This document shows, piece by piece, positions 52,561 to 64,000 of a DNA stretch of 64,000 bases. The notes beneath the pieces were generated by a model. That model searched no databases and was not told the DNA's origin. It saw only the letters and a program-made list of their open reading frames with translations. Location of the stretch: assembly GCA_951406725.2 (NCBI GenBank), contig OX597814.1, positions 183,396,001 to 183,460,000 on the forward strand. Reading direction: 5' to 3'. A program made the position numbers and the translations under genes. The DNA is from Octopus vulgaris. Lineage: Eukaryota. Numbering within the stretch: the stretch's first letter is position 1; every line of letters starts with the position of its first letter.

Positions 52561-52615
52561 GTATCACTGACGAAGAGAGGGCTCTTAGTAGCTAACTCTG
52601 AAATCGGTCCGATAT
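52561..52615 (+). ncRNA. Minimal type I hammerhead ribozyme motif, intact core
   Basis: GTATCA-CTGACGA-AGAG...CTCT-GAAA-TCGG-TC-CGATAT. Stem II AGAG/CTCT, stem I TATC/GATA, GUC triplet. Confidence 0.65.
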
Positions 52616-53509
52616 GGTAATAATGGAATTTTTTAGAAATGTCTGTCGACCTTTTTTCGAGTAGCGTGCGTATTGTGAAAAAATTATATGGTTAATGGAC
52701 AATATGTCCAATTTTTCGGCATATTTGGCATTAGATATGTTTTCATTTGCCCTCATTTATGAATTATATATATATATATGCACGCTTACATTTATTCATA
52801 AAATACTACAAAGTGCTTATGCCTTACGTGAAATATAGGGTAAAACATTTTAATATCCATTTATTTAGATTATTTGGCCCTGCTGTAACAGATTTTAAGA
52901 ATGTTTTCACACCTTTTTATACTCCCGTAGGCAAGAAAAAGCTCTATCTAACTAGTTTCTGTTGTTGTAAAATCTTCGTCAGGGAAAGATAACTCATGCT
53001 CTGTGTAGTAGATGTTAGTTATTTACAGTCAGTACAAATTTTGTCAGAGTGAAACTGTTCTATCCAATATCTACAACGGTGAATTTCTGGCAACGCGTGT
53101 ATAATTACTTACTAGTGCATTACACAACATGTTTTAATAGCTTTAAATGCCAGGTATACATTTTAAATAGCTATGCAATTGAACTTCGCTGGAAAAAGTT
53201 AACTGAGTGTATACACCATAGATTTTTTTCCTTCCGGCAGTACAGCGATCAATCTGATTACAATCTCATCTTTTTTAAATCTTCTGTAGAGAACACGCTG
53301 TTATGAAGATTAAGAAGACCAGTGCGAGTTTGCAAACACTAGAAGTATCTATAAGCTACTAATGTCTGTAGAGAAGCGGAGATACAAGTAGTGAAACACG
53401 TTAGATTATTTTTCTGAGAGCGGATGAAATGTTCGATTATCTCTTTGTGTCTCTGTCATTTCTTCCATGCTGTCACTCCCATTCTGTTATATATTTAATA
53501 TATAATATA

Positions 53510-53564
<55 letters not shown>

Positions 53565-54657
53565 CACATTTGTATACACGGGGAAAGCTTTTCTTTTAAA
53601 TATATTGAAAGCGTAACACTGTTCTAGTTTCTTAACGAATTGTTGTATCTGTCTATCAGATATTTATAGCTCGTTTAGAAAAATGTAGTTCGTTTCCAGG
53701 CTATCTCAGCTTCATATCCAGGATATAGAGTTGTTTTGGTTTTAGTGTTGTCCCTTCTGTGGGAGGGTGCCTTGTAATTTTTAAGATTTTCTTCGTCAGA
53801 AATGGACCGTTATACAGCGTTACCGTTCCACGTCATCAAATTATCACTTGTGACGTGAGTATTCTGTATATATTTTAGCTTTGTGTCGCAATATTAGTAT
53901 ACTTGCATAATTATTATAAACATCGATGATAAATTTCAATACTGAGATAGAGGAGAATACATTGAGAATAGATATCTTTAAAGAAAACAACACTGAAATG
54001 CATTGAAAATAGATATAAAAGAAAACAAGATACACAATTAGAAACTCAAGACGTTTGTGATTGAAAACATAATGACCACATCAAAATATATGTAAGTGAG
54101 GAAAGCAATATGTTTGCAATCATAGCTAGAGATGAATAATTGGCTCTCTGTCGTAAGCGACAGAGTGTCAGTTATTCAACAAAACAGCCTGAGCACTCCA
54201 CAGACACGCATACCTTTAACGTAGTTCTCGGGGAGATTCAGCGTAACACCCGTTTCATGTCAGGTTTGAATGTGTAGAATATGTGTAGCTTTACATAAAG
54301 TAGTAGGATATTAACTTTCCCAGAACAACTGAATCATTGAGAAACACAATTATCTCCATGGAAAGAGACCTTTCATCTGCACATGATGAAAAGTGTATGG
54401 AGAGTGTGTGGTGTAACATTTACAAAAAAAGTAGAAAAAGTACATCACGGTTCCATGCATCTAGAAGGAATTTAACCTAATTCCTACCTGCACAGATCAT
54501 TGCTCTTTCTAACTGAGATCTCATAGCATTTAGACCCGTAAATTGTAGTATCCTGTGATCAGAAAGCCTGAAAGCTTGGCAAGAACTTCGTGTGTCAGTG
54601 ACAATAAGACGCATTTTAAAGTTTTTAAATGCCAGTGACATTTAGAAGCATTTTAAA

Positions 54658-54887
54658 GGCGGTGAGCTGGCAGAATCACTAGCTCGCCGGGCGAAATGCG
54701 TAGAGGTATTAATCTGCCGCTACGTTCTGGGTTCAAATTCCATCGAGGTCGACTTTGCTTTTCATCCTTTCGGAGTCGATACATTAAGTACCAGTCGCGC
54801 ACTGGGGTCGATGTAATCGACTTAATCCCTTTGTCTATCCTTGTTTGTCCCCTCTATGTTTAGCCCCTTGTGGGCAATAAAGAAATA
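54658..54887 (+). mobile_element. Full-length SINE family B with TSD
   Basis: Matches 25799-26029. 14-bp TSD AGAAGCATTTTAAA at 54644-54657 and 54888-54901. Confidence 0.93.
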
Positions 54888-55505
54888 AGAAGCATTTTAA
54901 AGTTTCAAAATAATTTCTATATTGTAGATATACGTATATGATGATGGAAGCATAGGGGGAGAAAACCAACCAGGTTCGAATGGTAAAGCGTAACTATCTT
55001 ATGGAATTTTATACCTTTGTAAAGCTGCAGCAACAAAGCGACATACTAGTACTACCAATGAGAAAAATAAACTCACAAAATGAAAATCAGCAACATTACC
55101 AAAAACAAAAAAAAAAAAACAACAGCTAAAAACAAACTGCTAAAGCATAAGTTTTTCGGCATCTACAAACGTCTTGGTGCTTCTCCTCTACTAAGCAACA
55201 ATAAACATGAAATCCCTACGAAGCTGATGTTCTCTTTACCTTATTCGAACACATCGTTCAGCAACAAAGTTGCACCACTAAAGGGCATGGTCATGGGTCC
55301 TTGCATTGAAGAAAAAGTAATGATATAAAAGCCCGAAAGTTTGGCAGGCCCTAGGGCACAAATGTGTGACTTGTGCTTGAAAGTAAAATGCCAGTTGGAT
55401 GCATGAACGAAAAATAAAACACGATAACAAACACAAGCAACAATATAAGTAGCAACAATAAGAGTAACACATGTAACAGTAATAACTAAGTCAACAACAG
55501 CTGCA

Positions 55506-55700
55506 GTGGAGGCGCAGTGGCCCAGTGGTTAGGGCAGCGGACTCGCAACCGTAAGAACGCGGTTTCCATCCCCAGATCGAGCATTGTGAGTGTTTATTGA
55601 GCAAAAACACCTAAGCTCCACGAGGCTCCGGCGGGGGTTGGTGGTGAATCCCGCTGTACTCTTTCACCATAACTTTCTCTCACTCTTTCTTCCTACTTCT
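55506..55700 (+). mobile_element. 5' part of SINE family C
   Basis: Colinear with 61031-61215 (A box TGGCCCAGTGG, CTCCACGAGGCTCCGGC). Confidence 0.85.
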
Positions 55701-56486
55701 GCTACAAAGCAGAGGAACCATGGTGTACCCACTATGGTGTGGGAATCTTTCAGACCCTAATCTAGATTACGAATCTTCTGTACCCCAGTATGGTTCAGCT
55801 CTCCACCCGTTAAAAGCCGCCGTTTTGCGGAATGAGGATAACAACGTAGCTTTCGCGCCCGTGCAACCGCCAGTTTATCAAGTTGCCACACGCATTCTTA
55901 GTAGCTTAGAGTAGGTTCGAATCAGAGATTATTCTTACATTAACAATAATAACTAGGAACATTCATGAACATTCCGCTGATCGTAGGAGCAACACATTTT
56001 GGACATATACAAACTGATAGGGAAAAAAATGGAAACACTCAACTAACAATCAAATAATGAGAATACATCAGTTGTAACAATAAGGGAGGAACCCACATTA
56101 GCTGTCGGTCAGTTTAAAGTTACCCCAACATTTAAAATGTTTGAAATTTTGTAAAGAAAACCCAAAATACTGTCACTGCAAATCATGTGTGGCGTTCTCC
56201 TATTTCATATAGAGGAACATATAGAGAGGGAAGCATGACTGCACAGACTGTCTGGAAGCAAGGTCACTATCTGAATGATCTGTAGTCACTTAAATGTGTC
56301 TTCGAGCCGCACACATTCTCATTCCTAACTATGGTATCTACACTTCTTGTGTTTGAAGAAGTTCGACTGGAATAGTAGCACTGTTAGGGTACGTCAAAAT
56401 TGAAGGGAAGACAATGCTTCTGGATTTGGATGGACAGTGATAGTCCAAGGCGTGTTTAAGATCAATAGCAATATCTTGGTATTTAC

Positions 56487-56700
56487 ACTTTTACTTGTTT
56501 CAGTCATGTGACTGTGGCCATGCTGGAGCACCGCCTTTAGTCGAGCAAATCATCCCCAGGACTTATTCTTTGTAAGCCTAGTACTTATTCTATCGGTCTC
56601 TTTATGCCGAACCGCTAAGTTACGGGGAGGTAAACACACCAGCAACGGTTGTCAAGCGATGATGGGGGGGACAAACACAGACACACAAACATATACACAC
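56487..56700 (-). mobile_element. 3' half of SINE family A
   Basis: Near-identical to 42788-43000 and ends at the internal microsatellite. Confidence 0.88.
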
Positions 56701-58854
56701 ATATATATATATATATATGAAAGTATATATATGGTGAAAATTAACAATTTAACTCCAGTCTGATAACCAGACTACTTCATGTTTCAAAAATTTTGTATGA
56801 ACAGCTGGTCCATTGCTGTTATTTGGTGAGTGGGCTAAGACTATAGACGTACATTGGGATCATGTGTGAGAAGCTGATTGGTTAAAACACAGCAGGCCTT
56901 TCTGGTTTTGTATTGAGATAAGACATTTTACTGCATTACGATCTAGGGGATAGGGACAATTCATGGCGTCTAGGTACATAAGTCAGGAATATGTGATTTC
57001 TAGAAAACGTCTAGATAGACTCAGTAATTGAAAATAAATGTGTCATTCTTGGCAGTGAAAACCACCTGAGACCACATAGTGAGCTAGTTAAACGAGATAA
57101 ATTGATGAGGAATCGTCGGCAACACATAGTGGATAACATAAATAAATAAGGTTTAATAAAAACTTAGTGTTAAAAAACAATAGCCAGAAGAAAACCCAAT
57201 AGGTAAACTTGAATATGCTATTAAGACAGTCATTCCTTAAGAAGTGAAAGCAAGAGGTGGTGCCTCAATAATTTCTACGATATGAAACAGAAAGAATTTA
57301 CTGTTCCAGCTCACAGGTGTACATATAGATTTCAGGAAAATAATTTGATGATCTGGAGTGTCAAAGATGCACCTTTACAATTAAGACAAATTCCGATCTC
57401 TGATGGAGCGCAATTGCAACAGGAAAAGTTAGACCTGTTGAAAGAAGATCTACTTATGCTCCGATACAAATGCCGTGTCAGCACAGTCAAAGGATGCCAC
57501 ATTTAGGACGTGAAAACCGCTTGGATTATATGTAGAACAAATGCTACAGAGCCAACTTTGATGTATTTAGTGAAACATAAGAAAAGAGTGAAACTAGGAA
57601 AAGAGTGATTGTTTAGCGATAGCCAGCGGATGTATTTATCGTTCATGTTGCGAATCAGAGGATTCCGTTTATAGACTTAGACATTATATATCGTAGCAAG
57701 TTTATGCATAAATGCATACATGTGTGGTGAGTGTATGTATGTCTGTATTTTGGCAGGGTTTTGACATTGAAGTCTGGATGCTACGCTGAGGAGTTTTGTC
57801 GATTTCCGTGTTGTCTTATTGGCTGATCGTAATAATTAGAACATACACGAGTATGACGAGAGAAATGCTAGATATAGTGAGTAAACAGGAAATATATGAC
57901 GTTCATTACATCGCCAAACATGTTTAGAGCATCTTGGCATCTTGTTGACAGTAGCATTATTAATATTTTTGTTGCTACTAGTAGATAATGTTTTAACATT
58001 AATCACAAATATAAATATAAACATTGGAAAAACGAAAGAAATTATATATACGTGTGTGTGTGTGTGCGTGCATATCTGTATATAAGTATGTGTGTGGATG
58101 TGTGAGTGTGTTTGCATTTCTTTGTATGTATATGTATATATAAAGTTTATAGGTTAAAGGAAAAAAAATCTAAATGATAATGCACATAAAAACAAAAACA
58201 TACATAAAACATCAACAAAAAGGGCAAACACACGCACAAATATATATATATATATATATATAATATATAAGAAAATATAAAACAAACACATTTTCGAGTC
58301 AGGGAAGAAATCAAACTCTCTCTCCTCACTCCTCGGTATCGCATCACATCCCATCCCACCTCGTGATTTGAGTAACCGAATATGGAGAAAATGGAAAAAC
58401 GAAGACATTTTCAAAAATGAAAATAAAGAGTAAATAAGAAAAAAAAAAAATGCGGAAAATGAAACAACAACAACAACAACAATGCAAATAACAGAATTTT
58501 TGCAATTTTAGATGTTTGCTTTATCCTTGTTACAATCACGTGCTTTTTCTTGTGGCCGTAAGGGAGATATATAATTGCATTTTGGAAATTTCTAGAATGT
58601 TAGAAAAACAAGAATCTGTTCGTATTATTGATTGATAACAACTGAAGCAAGAGAAAGGGTTACGTGTAGAATAAAAGAGTGTTATCGATTGGTTCGCCTT
58701 CATATGTATGTATGTATGCATGTACGTACGTACGTACGTATGTATGCATATATGTATGTACGTACGTACGTATGTATGCATATATGTATGTACGTACGTT
58801 CGTATGTATATATGTGTATATATTTACATGACTGTGCTTGTATGCGTTCATGTT

Positions 58855-58895
<41 letters not shown>

Positions 58896-59241
58896 GCATA
58901 TACATGTAAATTGTATGTTTGCAAGTATGTATAATTCATAAAGACTGTGCACGGTGTATATGAAAAAATATATATGCGTTTAATGTCAATGTATCTATAC
59001 ATACATGCATATATGTATATATCGAAAGCTAGCTAGACAAACATTCGTGTGTATGAGTATAATGTTGATTGTTTTTATGTACATAATGATTGTATTGTAT
59101 ATTTATATGTAAATACAATTAAGTTTGAGAACCTCATCTCTCCAACTCTCTTCTCTCTTTTCACTGTCATCCTTTTTCCTAATTCATCTCTTATGCCTTC
59201 CCTCTATATCTCAGTCCTATCTCTTCTCTCTGTTTCTATGT

Positions 59242-59273
<32 letters not shown>

Positions 59274-59641
59274 CAGTGCATAAATAGAAACATAAATGCC
59301 AAACATGAATGTGTATATTTGTGCGTAGTATATTCGTTTGTGTATGGATGAACATTTTGTGCAACACACACACATATACTCACACACATTCACACACACA
59401 TGTATTTTGTATGTGTGTGTGTGTATGCATGAAGGCACAGGCGGGCCTAGCCCTGTGCTAAGAGTTGTTCTTCCCAGCCCCACGGTTTTGAGTTCAGTCC
59501 TACTTCGCGCGCCAAGTTGGGTAAGTGTTATCTACTATACACTCTGACTGAGCACAGCCTTGTAAGAACATTTGGAAGTCGGAAAGTGACAAAAGACAGT
59601 CACCAGTTATACACATACACACACATATATATATGTGTATA

Positions 59642-59689
<48 letters not shown>

Positions 59690-59695
<6 letters not shown>

Positions 59696-59910
59696 TAATC
59701 CAAACATGAAAACACAAAGAGAAAACACAACAACGCGAGGACGTGGAACAAATATAGTATTATTGGACGCTCTGGAAGGAAGGGAAGAAGGAGGGTTTTA
59801 CGTCTCGAGCGGAGCTCTTCGAAGAAATATAGGAAAAGGAAAGATCCAGAGAAGGGAAGAGGGATGAAAAAAATCGCCAACGGTACACACGCGGTCACAT
59901 TTTGAATCAA
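59690..59910 (-). mobile_element. Family H1 element with decayed hammerhead
   Basis: Near-identical to 51845-52025, with GAAA mutated to GAGA. Flanked by (TA)n. Confidence 0.8.
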
Positions 59911-59921
59911 ATATTTATATA

Positions 59922-59954
<33 letters not shown>

Positions 59955-60058
59955 TGACAAAAATAGTAAGACAACAAAAGAAAGAAAGATACCTCGATAT
60001 TATGTAAATAGAGGAATTTATCTGTAAATATGATATATGACACTTATTCGGTAGCCAT

Positions 60059-60119
60059 GATAAAACTCCGAGTTTGGGATGTCGGGGCAGAAACCAACGC
60101 CGGCATCTCTTCAGTTATC
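60059..60119 (-). ncRNA. Type I hammerhead motif (G12 mutated)
   Basis: GATAA-CTGAAGA-GATGCCGG...CCGACATC-C-CAAA-CTCGGAG-TT-TTATC. Stems I, II and III intact, but CAAA replaces GAAA. Confidence 0.65.
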
Positions 60120-60170
60120 GGGCTATCCAAAAAAAAAAAAATGCTATCATAGCATTTTTTCCGATGGCCC

Positions 60171-60222
60171 GATAACTGAAGAGTGGGTTTCCACCCCGAC
60201 ATCCGAAACTCGGAGTTTTATG
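60171..60222 (+). ncRNA. Type I hammerhead motif (stem II partly deleted)
   Basis: GATAA-CTGAAGA-GTGGGTTTCCACCCCGACATCC-GAAA-CTCGGAG-TT-TTATG. Core intact. Confidence 0.65.
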
Positions 60223-60564
60223 ATGGCTACTGAATAATTGTCACATATTATATTTACACACACACACAAACATACATACATACATACATACATACATACA
60301 TACATACATACATACATAATACACAAAGACACACCTTTATATCTCTATTTGTGCGCGCGCGTGTGTGTGCGTTTTTGTCCTCCAGAACTGCTTGACAAAA
60401 TTTGTTAGTTTGTTTACTTCCTCCTAGTCGTTCAGATACATATGGATTATGTAGCAGTCTTAATTAAGTATTGGGTTTGTTACTTTCGACTGAAATCCTT
60501 CAAAGCTGTGTCCCACCGTATCTACAGTCCAACGCTGAAACAAGTCAAAGATACATATATCTAA

Positions 60565-60774
60565 GGTACAGGGACGTAACAACACCAACATCACCTATCA
60601 AGCGGTGATGGAGACAAACACGGAATCAAAGACATTTGCACACTCACACGTACACGACGGGCTTCTTTAAGTTTCAGCCTTCAAATCCACTCGCTCAAAG
60701 TACTACGCAGTAGGACTGAACCCGGAACCGTGTGGTTGGGAAGCAAGCTTCTTACAAAACACCAAATAGCTGCG

Positions 60775-60777
<3 letters not shown>
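60565..60777 (-). mobile_element. Degenerate SINE family A
   Basis: ACGACGGGCTTCTTT...GGACTGAACCCGGAACCGTGTGGTTGGGAAGCAAGCTTCTTAC...TGCGCC. Confidence 0.75.
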
Positions 60778-60807
<30 letters not shown>

Positions 60808-60951
60808 AAACGGAAACAAAAAACAACAACAATGGAAAAAGAAAGATCCCGGAGCGGGCAACGGAGATAGAGAAAAAAACGGCTGGTGTTAGGAGTAGCA
60901 CATGGTGAAAGGCGGATATATATATACACACACGAATATATACATACCTAT

Positions 60952-61030
<79 letters not shown>

Positions 61031-61329
61031 GTGGAGGCGCAATGGCCTAGTGGTTAGGGCAGCGGACTCGCGGTCGCAGGATCGCGGTTTCGATTCCCAG
61101 ACCGGGCGTTGTGAGTGTTTATTGAGCGAAAACACCTAAAAGCTCCACGAGGCTCCGGCAGGGGGTGGTGATCCCTGTTGTACTCTTTCACCACTCCTCC
61201 TCTCACTCTTTCTTCTGTTGGCCTGCTCGCTTAGCCAGCGGGGTAGCGTCATTCGAAGGCTAAAACAACGCGAACGCATTGTGACCAGCGATGTGTAGCA
61301 ACATCTGATGGTCTGGTCGGTCACGTGAT

Positions 61330-61336
<7 letters not shown>
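61031..61336 (+). mobile_element. Full-length tRNA-derived SINE family C
   Basis: A box TGGCCTAGTGG and B box GGTTTCGATTCCC. 3' end TCACGTGATCACGTGA followed by (TA)n, with TA also on the 5' side. Confidence 0.92.
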
Positions 61337-61361
<25 letters not shown>

Positions 61362-62075
61362 CCAATTCAGGATCACAGCATATATGTACACTGCAACATA
61401 ATTTTTTTTCCTCAACAGGCCCTGCCCTATTTAATAGGAATACCAGATAAGCCACCCATAATTGGATACAACTCACCCAACAAAAACTCACTACTTGAAT
61501 GGATCACAAACAAAACTTGATTTAAACAGGATTTAGATAATCATATCAGGTGGTGCTATTAAGTTAGATATGGCCTGGACCAATATTTGGTCGAAACATA
61601 TCTAAGTTTATCTAAGTTTATATATTTGTATATTAATAATGGTAATAATACTTCTTTATTTAAATTTATACTGGTTCACGATTTGTTTTGAATGTCGCGG
61701 GTACGTTTAAAGAAAACAACGCACACGAAGTAATGTGATGAATATTTCAGAAATAGATGTTAAAAATGTTATCATCGACTGACGAGCTGAGTGTATGGTT
61801 TTCATACAAAGGGCGAGATCAATTCATATTAAAATATACACTCCTTACTTGTGTATTCCACGTAAGGTAAGCTTGTTTCTCCTATGCTCATTGCATTGCC
61901 CGTGTATATCCTAATAGTGGGTTATTCGTGGTATTGAATCGATACTCTGATTATATCAAGTGATATTTAAATGCCCTACTGTATCTGAATTTAGCTTATA
62001 TTTCGCCTGTAAAGATGTAAACTTGCTAGCCACCTTATTATTATTAATTAAGGTAATAATATATTTATATTTGTG

Positions 62076-62119
<44 letters not shown>

Positions 62120-62574
62120 ATTGTATGTATATATATATAATATATATATATATAAACACACACATTTAAATATACATACACTCCTACGTATCTACACACA
62201 CACACGTGCACACGTACATACACATATTCATCCTTATATGTATGTTTTCTTTTGATAGTTACTTCGAATATCTATAAATCTATATCGATCGAAACGTGAA
62301 TGTACATCCAGACACATTTTCAGGATTATACTGACATGAACACATCCATGTGCATATGCACATACATCCAGTGTCAAGCACAGACGTGCACACATACGGA
62401 TGTAGTAACACTGATTAACATATATAAGATATACGTATGTGTGTGTGTGTACACATACACACATTTGTCCGTTTGTATATACATGCATGTATATATATGT
62501 GTGTGTGTATATATATATATATATATGCATATATATTTATACATATATGTATACATATAGAACTGCACACACAC

Positions 62575-62617
<43 letters not shown>

Positions 62618-62830
62618 ACAAGGAATTCGTTCAATACGTAATGTTTGTCTTAGTACATACCAGATTTACTTGAGTTTAACTCCTGTTCTGTATAACAAAG
62701 CATGCCTATATCGGAATTTATACATACATTCATGCATGCATGAATGTATACATTCATACATACATACATACATACATACATACATACATACATACATACA
62801 TACATACATTCATACATACATACATACATG

Positions 62831-62885
<55 letters not shown>

Positions 62886-63049
62886 TGATGTGCAATCATA
62901 CACACGTTATATGCATATATTATGTATGCGTATATCTATGTGCGTGTATGCGTGTGTGTGCATGTGTGTGTATGTATATATAAATAGATAGATAAATAAA
63001 TCGATGGAAAGATAGATAAGTAGATAGGTAGATTGATAGACAGACAGAC

Positions 63050-63150
<101 letters not shown>

Positions 63151-64000
63151 TAGACACATCATTTGGCCCACGTATTGATTCGCTAGATATAAACGTAAAA
63201 TAATATCATGAATACGTAGCATATAGCGATGTCTTCAATTAGATCCTGTCCTCAAAGCTAAGTTTCACAGAGTTCCCAAGCGACTTCCTCTGTTTTTTTG
63301 CCTATTTCTACTAGAGTTATATCGCTTGATATATTGTTTTAACTTAGAACGAATACAATTTTTTTTTTTTGAAATATAGAATTTAGCAAACGCAGATTGT
63401 ACATCATTGTAATTTATAACCAAGTATTTTTACAGGAAAAGTTTTCAATTGTATTTAAGAGAATGGCAGCAATGACATACAATAATATATAAAATATATT
63501 GTGTGTATTTCCTCTATTTTAAAATGGCGTCTTTGTTGACTGACTTCCTTCACATTTTTACTGTCCAACATATTTGGTTAGTTTTATTTGTTTCTTAATC
63601 AAGATAAATTCTCAATTTAGATAACTGGACGACAGTTCTGCTCTAGGGTTGTTTGTATTTTCGTAGTCATGCCTAAACCGACAGCACTGATAACAGAAAT
63701 GTTTAATTGGCACGACTAATTTGACACATAGAAACGCCCTTTCAGCTTGATATTAGTTAAAGGAAATATTAAACATAAATTATTTGACAAACGGCCGAAA
63801 GTATTTTACGATTGGTTATAGCAACGATAGTTTAATTAAAACTGTTTTCTGTCATAGTAAAAAATATAAAATAAATATGATATAAATTAGACCACTAGTT
63901 TTTATTGTTTTGTAACATTTTTGTAAACTCAGACGAGTTGATTAAACTCAACCATTGCATTGCTAGTACTATGTTATATAACGTAGTACCAGTAATATAC

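Larger units (their letters stand above)
60023..60257. repeat. Fold-back palindrome containing two opposite hammerhead motifs
   Basis: Symmetry centre at 60148 (ATGCTAT-C-ATAGCAT). Arms of about 110-125 bp with one internal deletion. Confidence 0.9.

Noticed and set aside
61031-61110. tRNA gene
   Set aside because: A and B boxes are present but there is no complete cloverleaf, and the sequence continues into a SINE body with other copies in the window.
61772-61830. Hammerhead-like CTGACGA...GAGA motif
   Set aside because: GAAA is mutated and there is no convincing stem I or III. Similar weak relics at about 1320-1370, 27045-27085 and 36440-36490 were also not called.

Overview
AT-rich, extremely microsatellite-rich eukaryotic non-coding DNA. 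The SINE families and repeat landscape look like an octopod cephalopod (Octopus); this is inferred from pattern recognition, not from a search. No host protein-coding gene is supported. Nearly all ORFs in the track are translations of (TA)n, (CA)n, (TACA)n, (TATC)n, (AAT/GAT)n or (GAA)n. The window is a mosaic of transposon relics: at least four tRNA-derived SINE families, Penelope-like (PLE) RT and GIY-YIG fragments, an RTE LINE 3' end, a mariner deletion derivative, a Tc2/pogo-like element and two non-autonomous Helitrons. Three things stand out. (1) A 1.48-kb ORF1-only Tx1/L1-like element (HAL1-like) with a 14-bp TSD sits between the A and B boxes of a SINE. A second, diverged 5' piece of the same family sits at the same SINE position at 13.7 kb, suggesting a SINE-targeting site-specific retroelement. 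(2) Several families of short elements, most abutting (TA)n, carry minimal type I hammerhead ribozyme motifs. (3) There are many long fold-back inverted repeats, one holding two outward-facing hammerheads.
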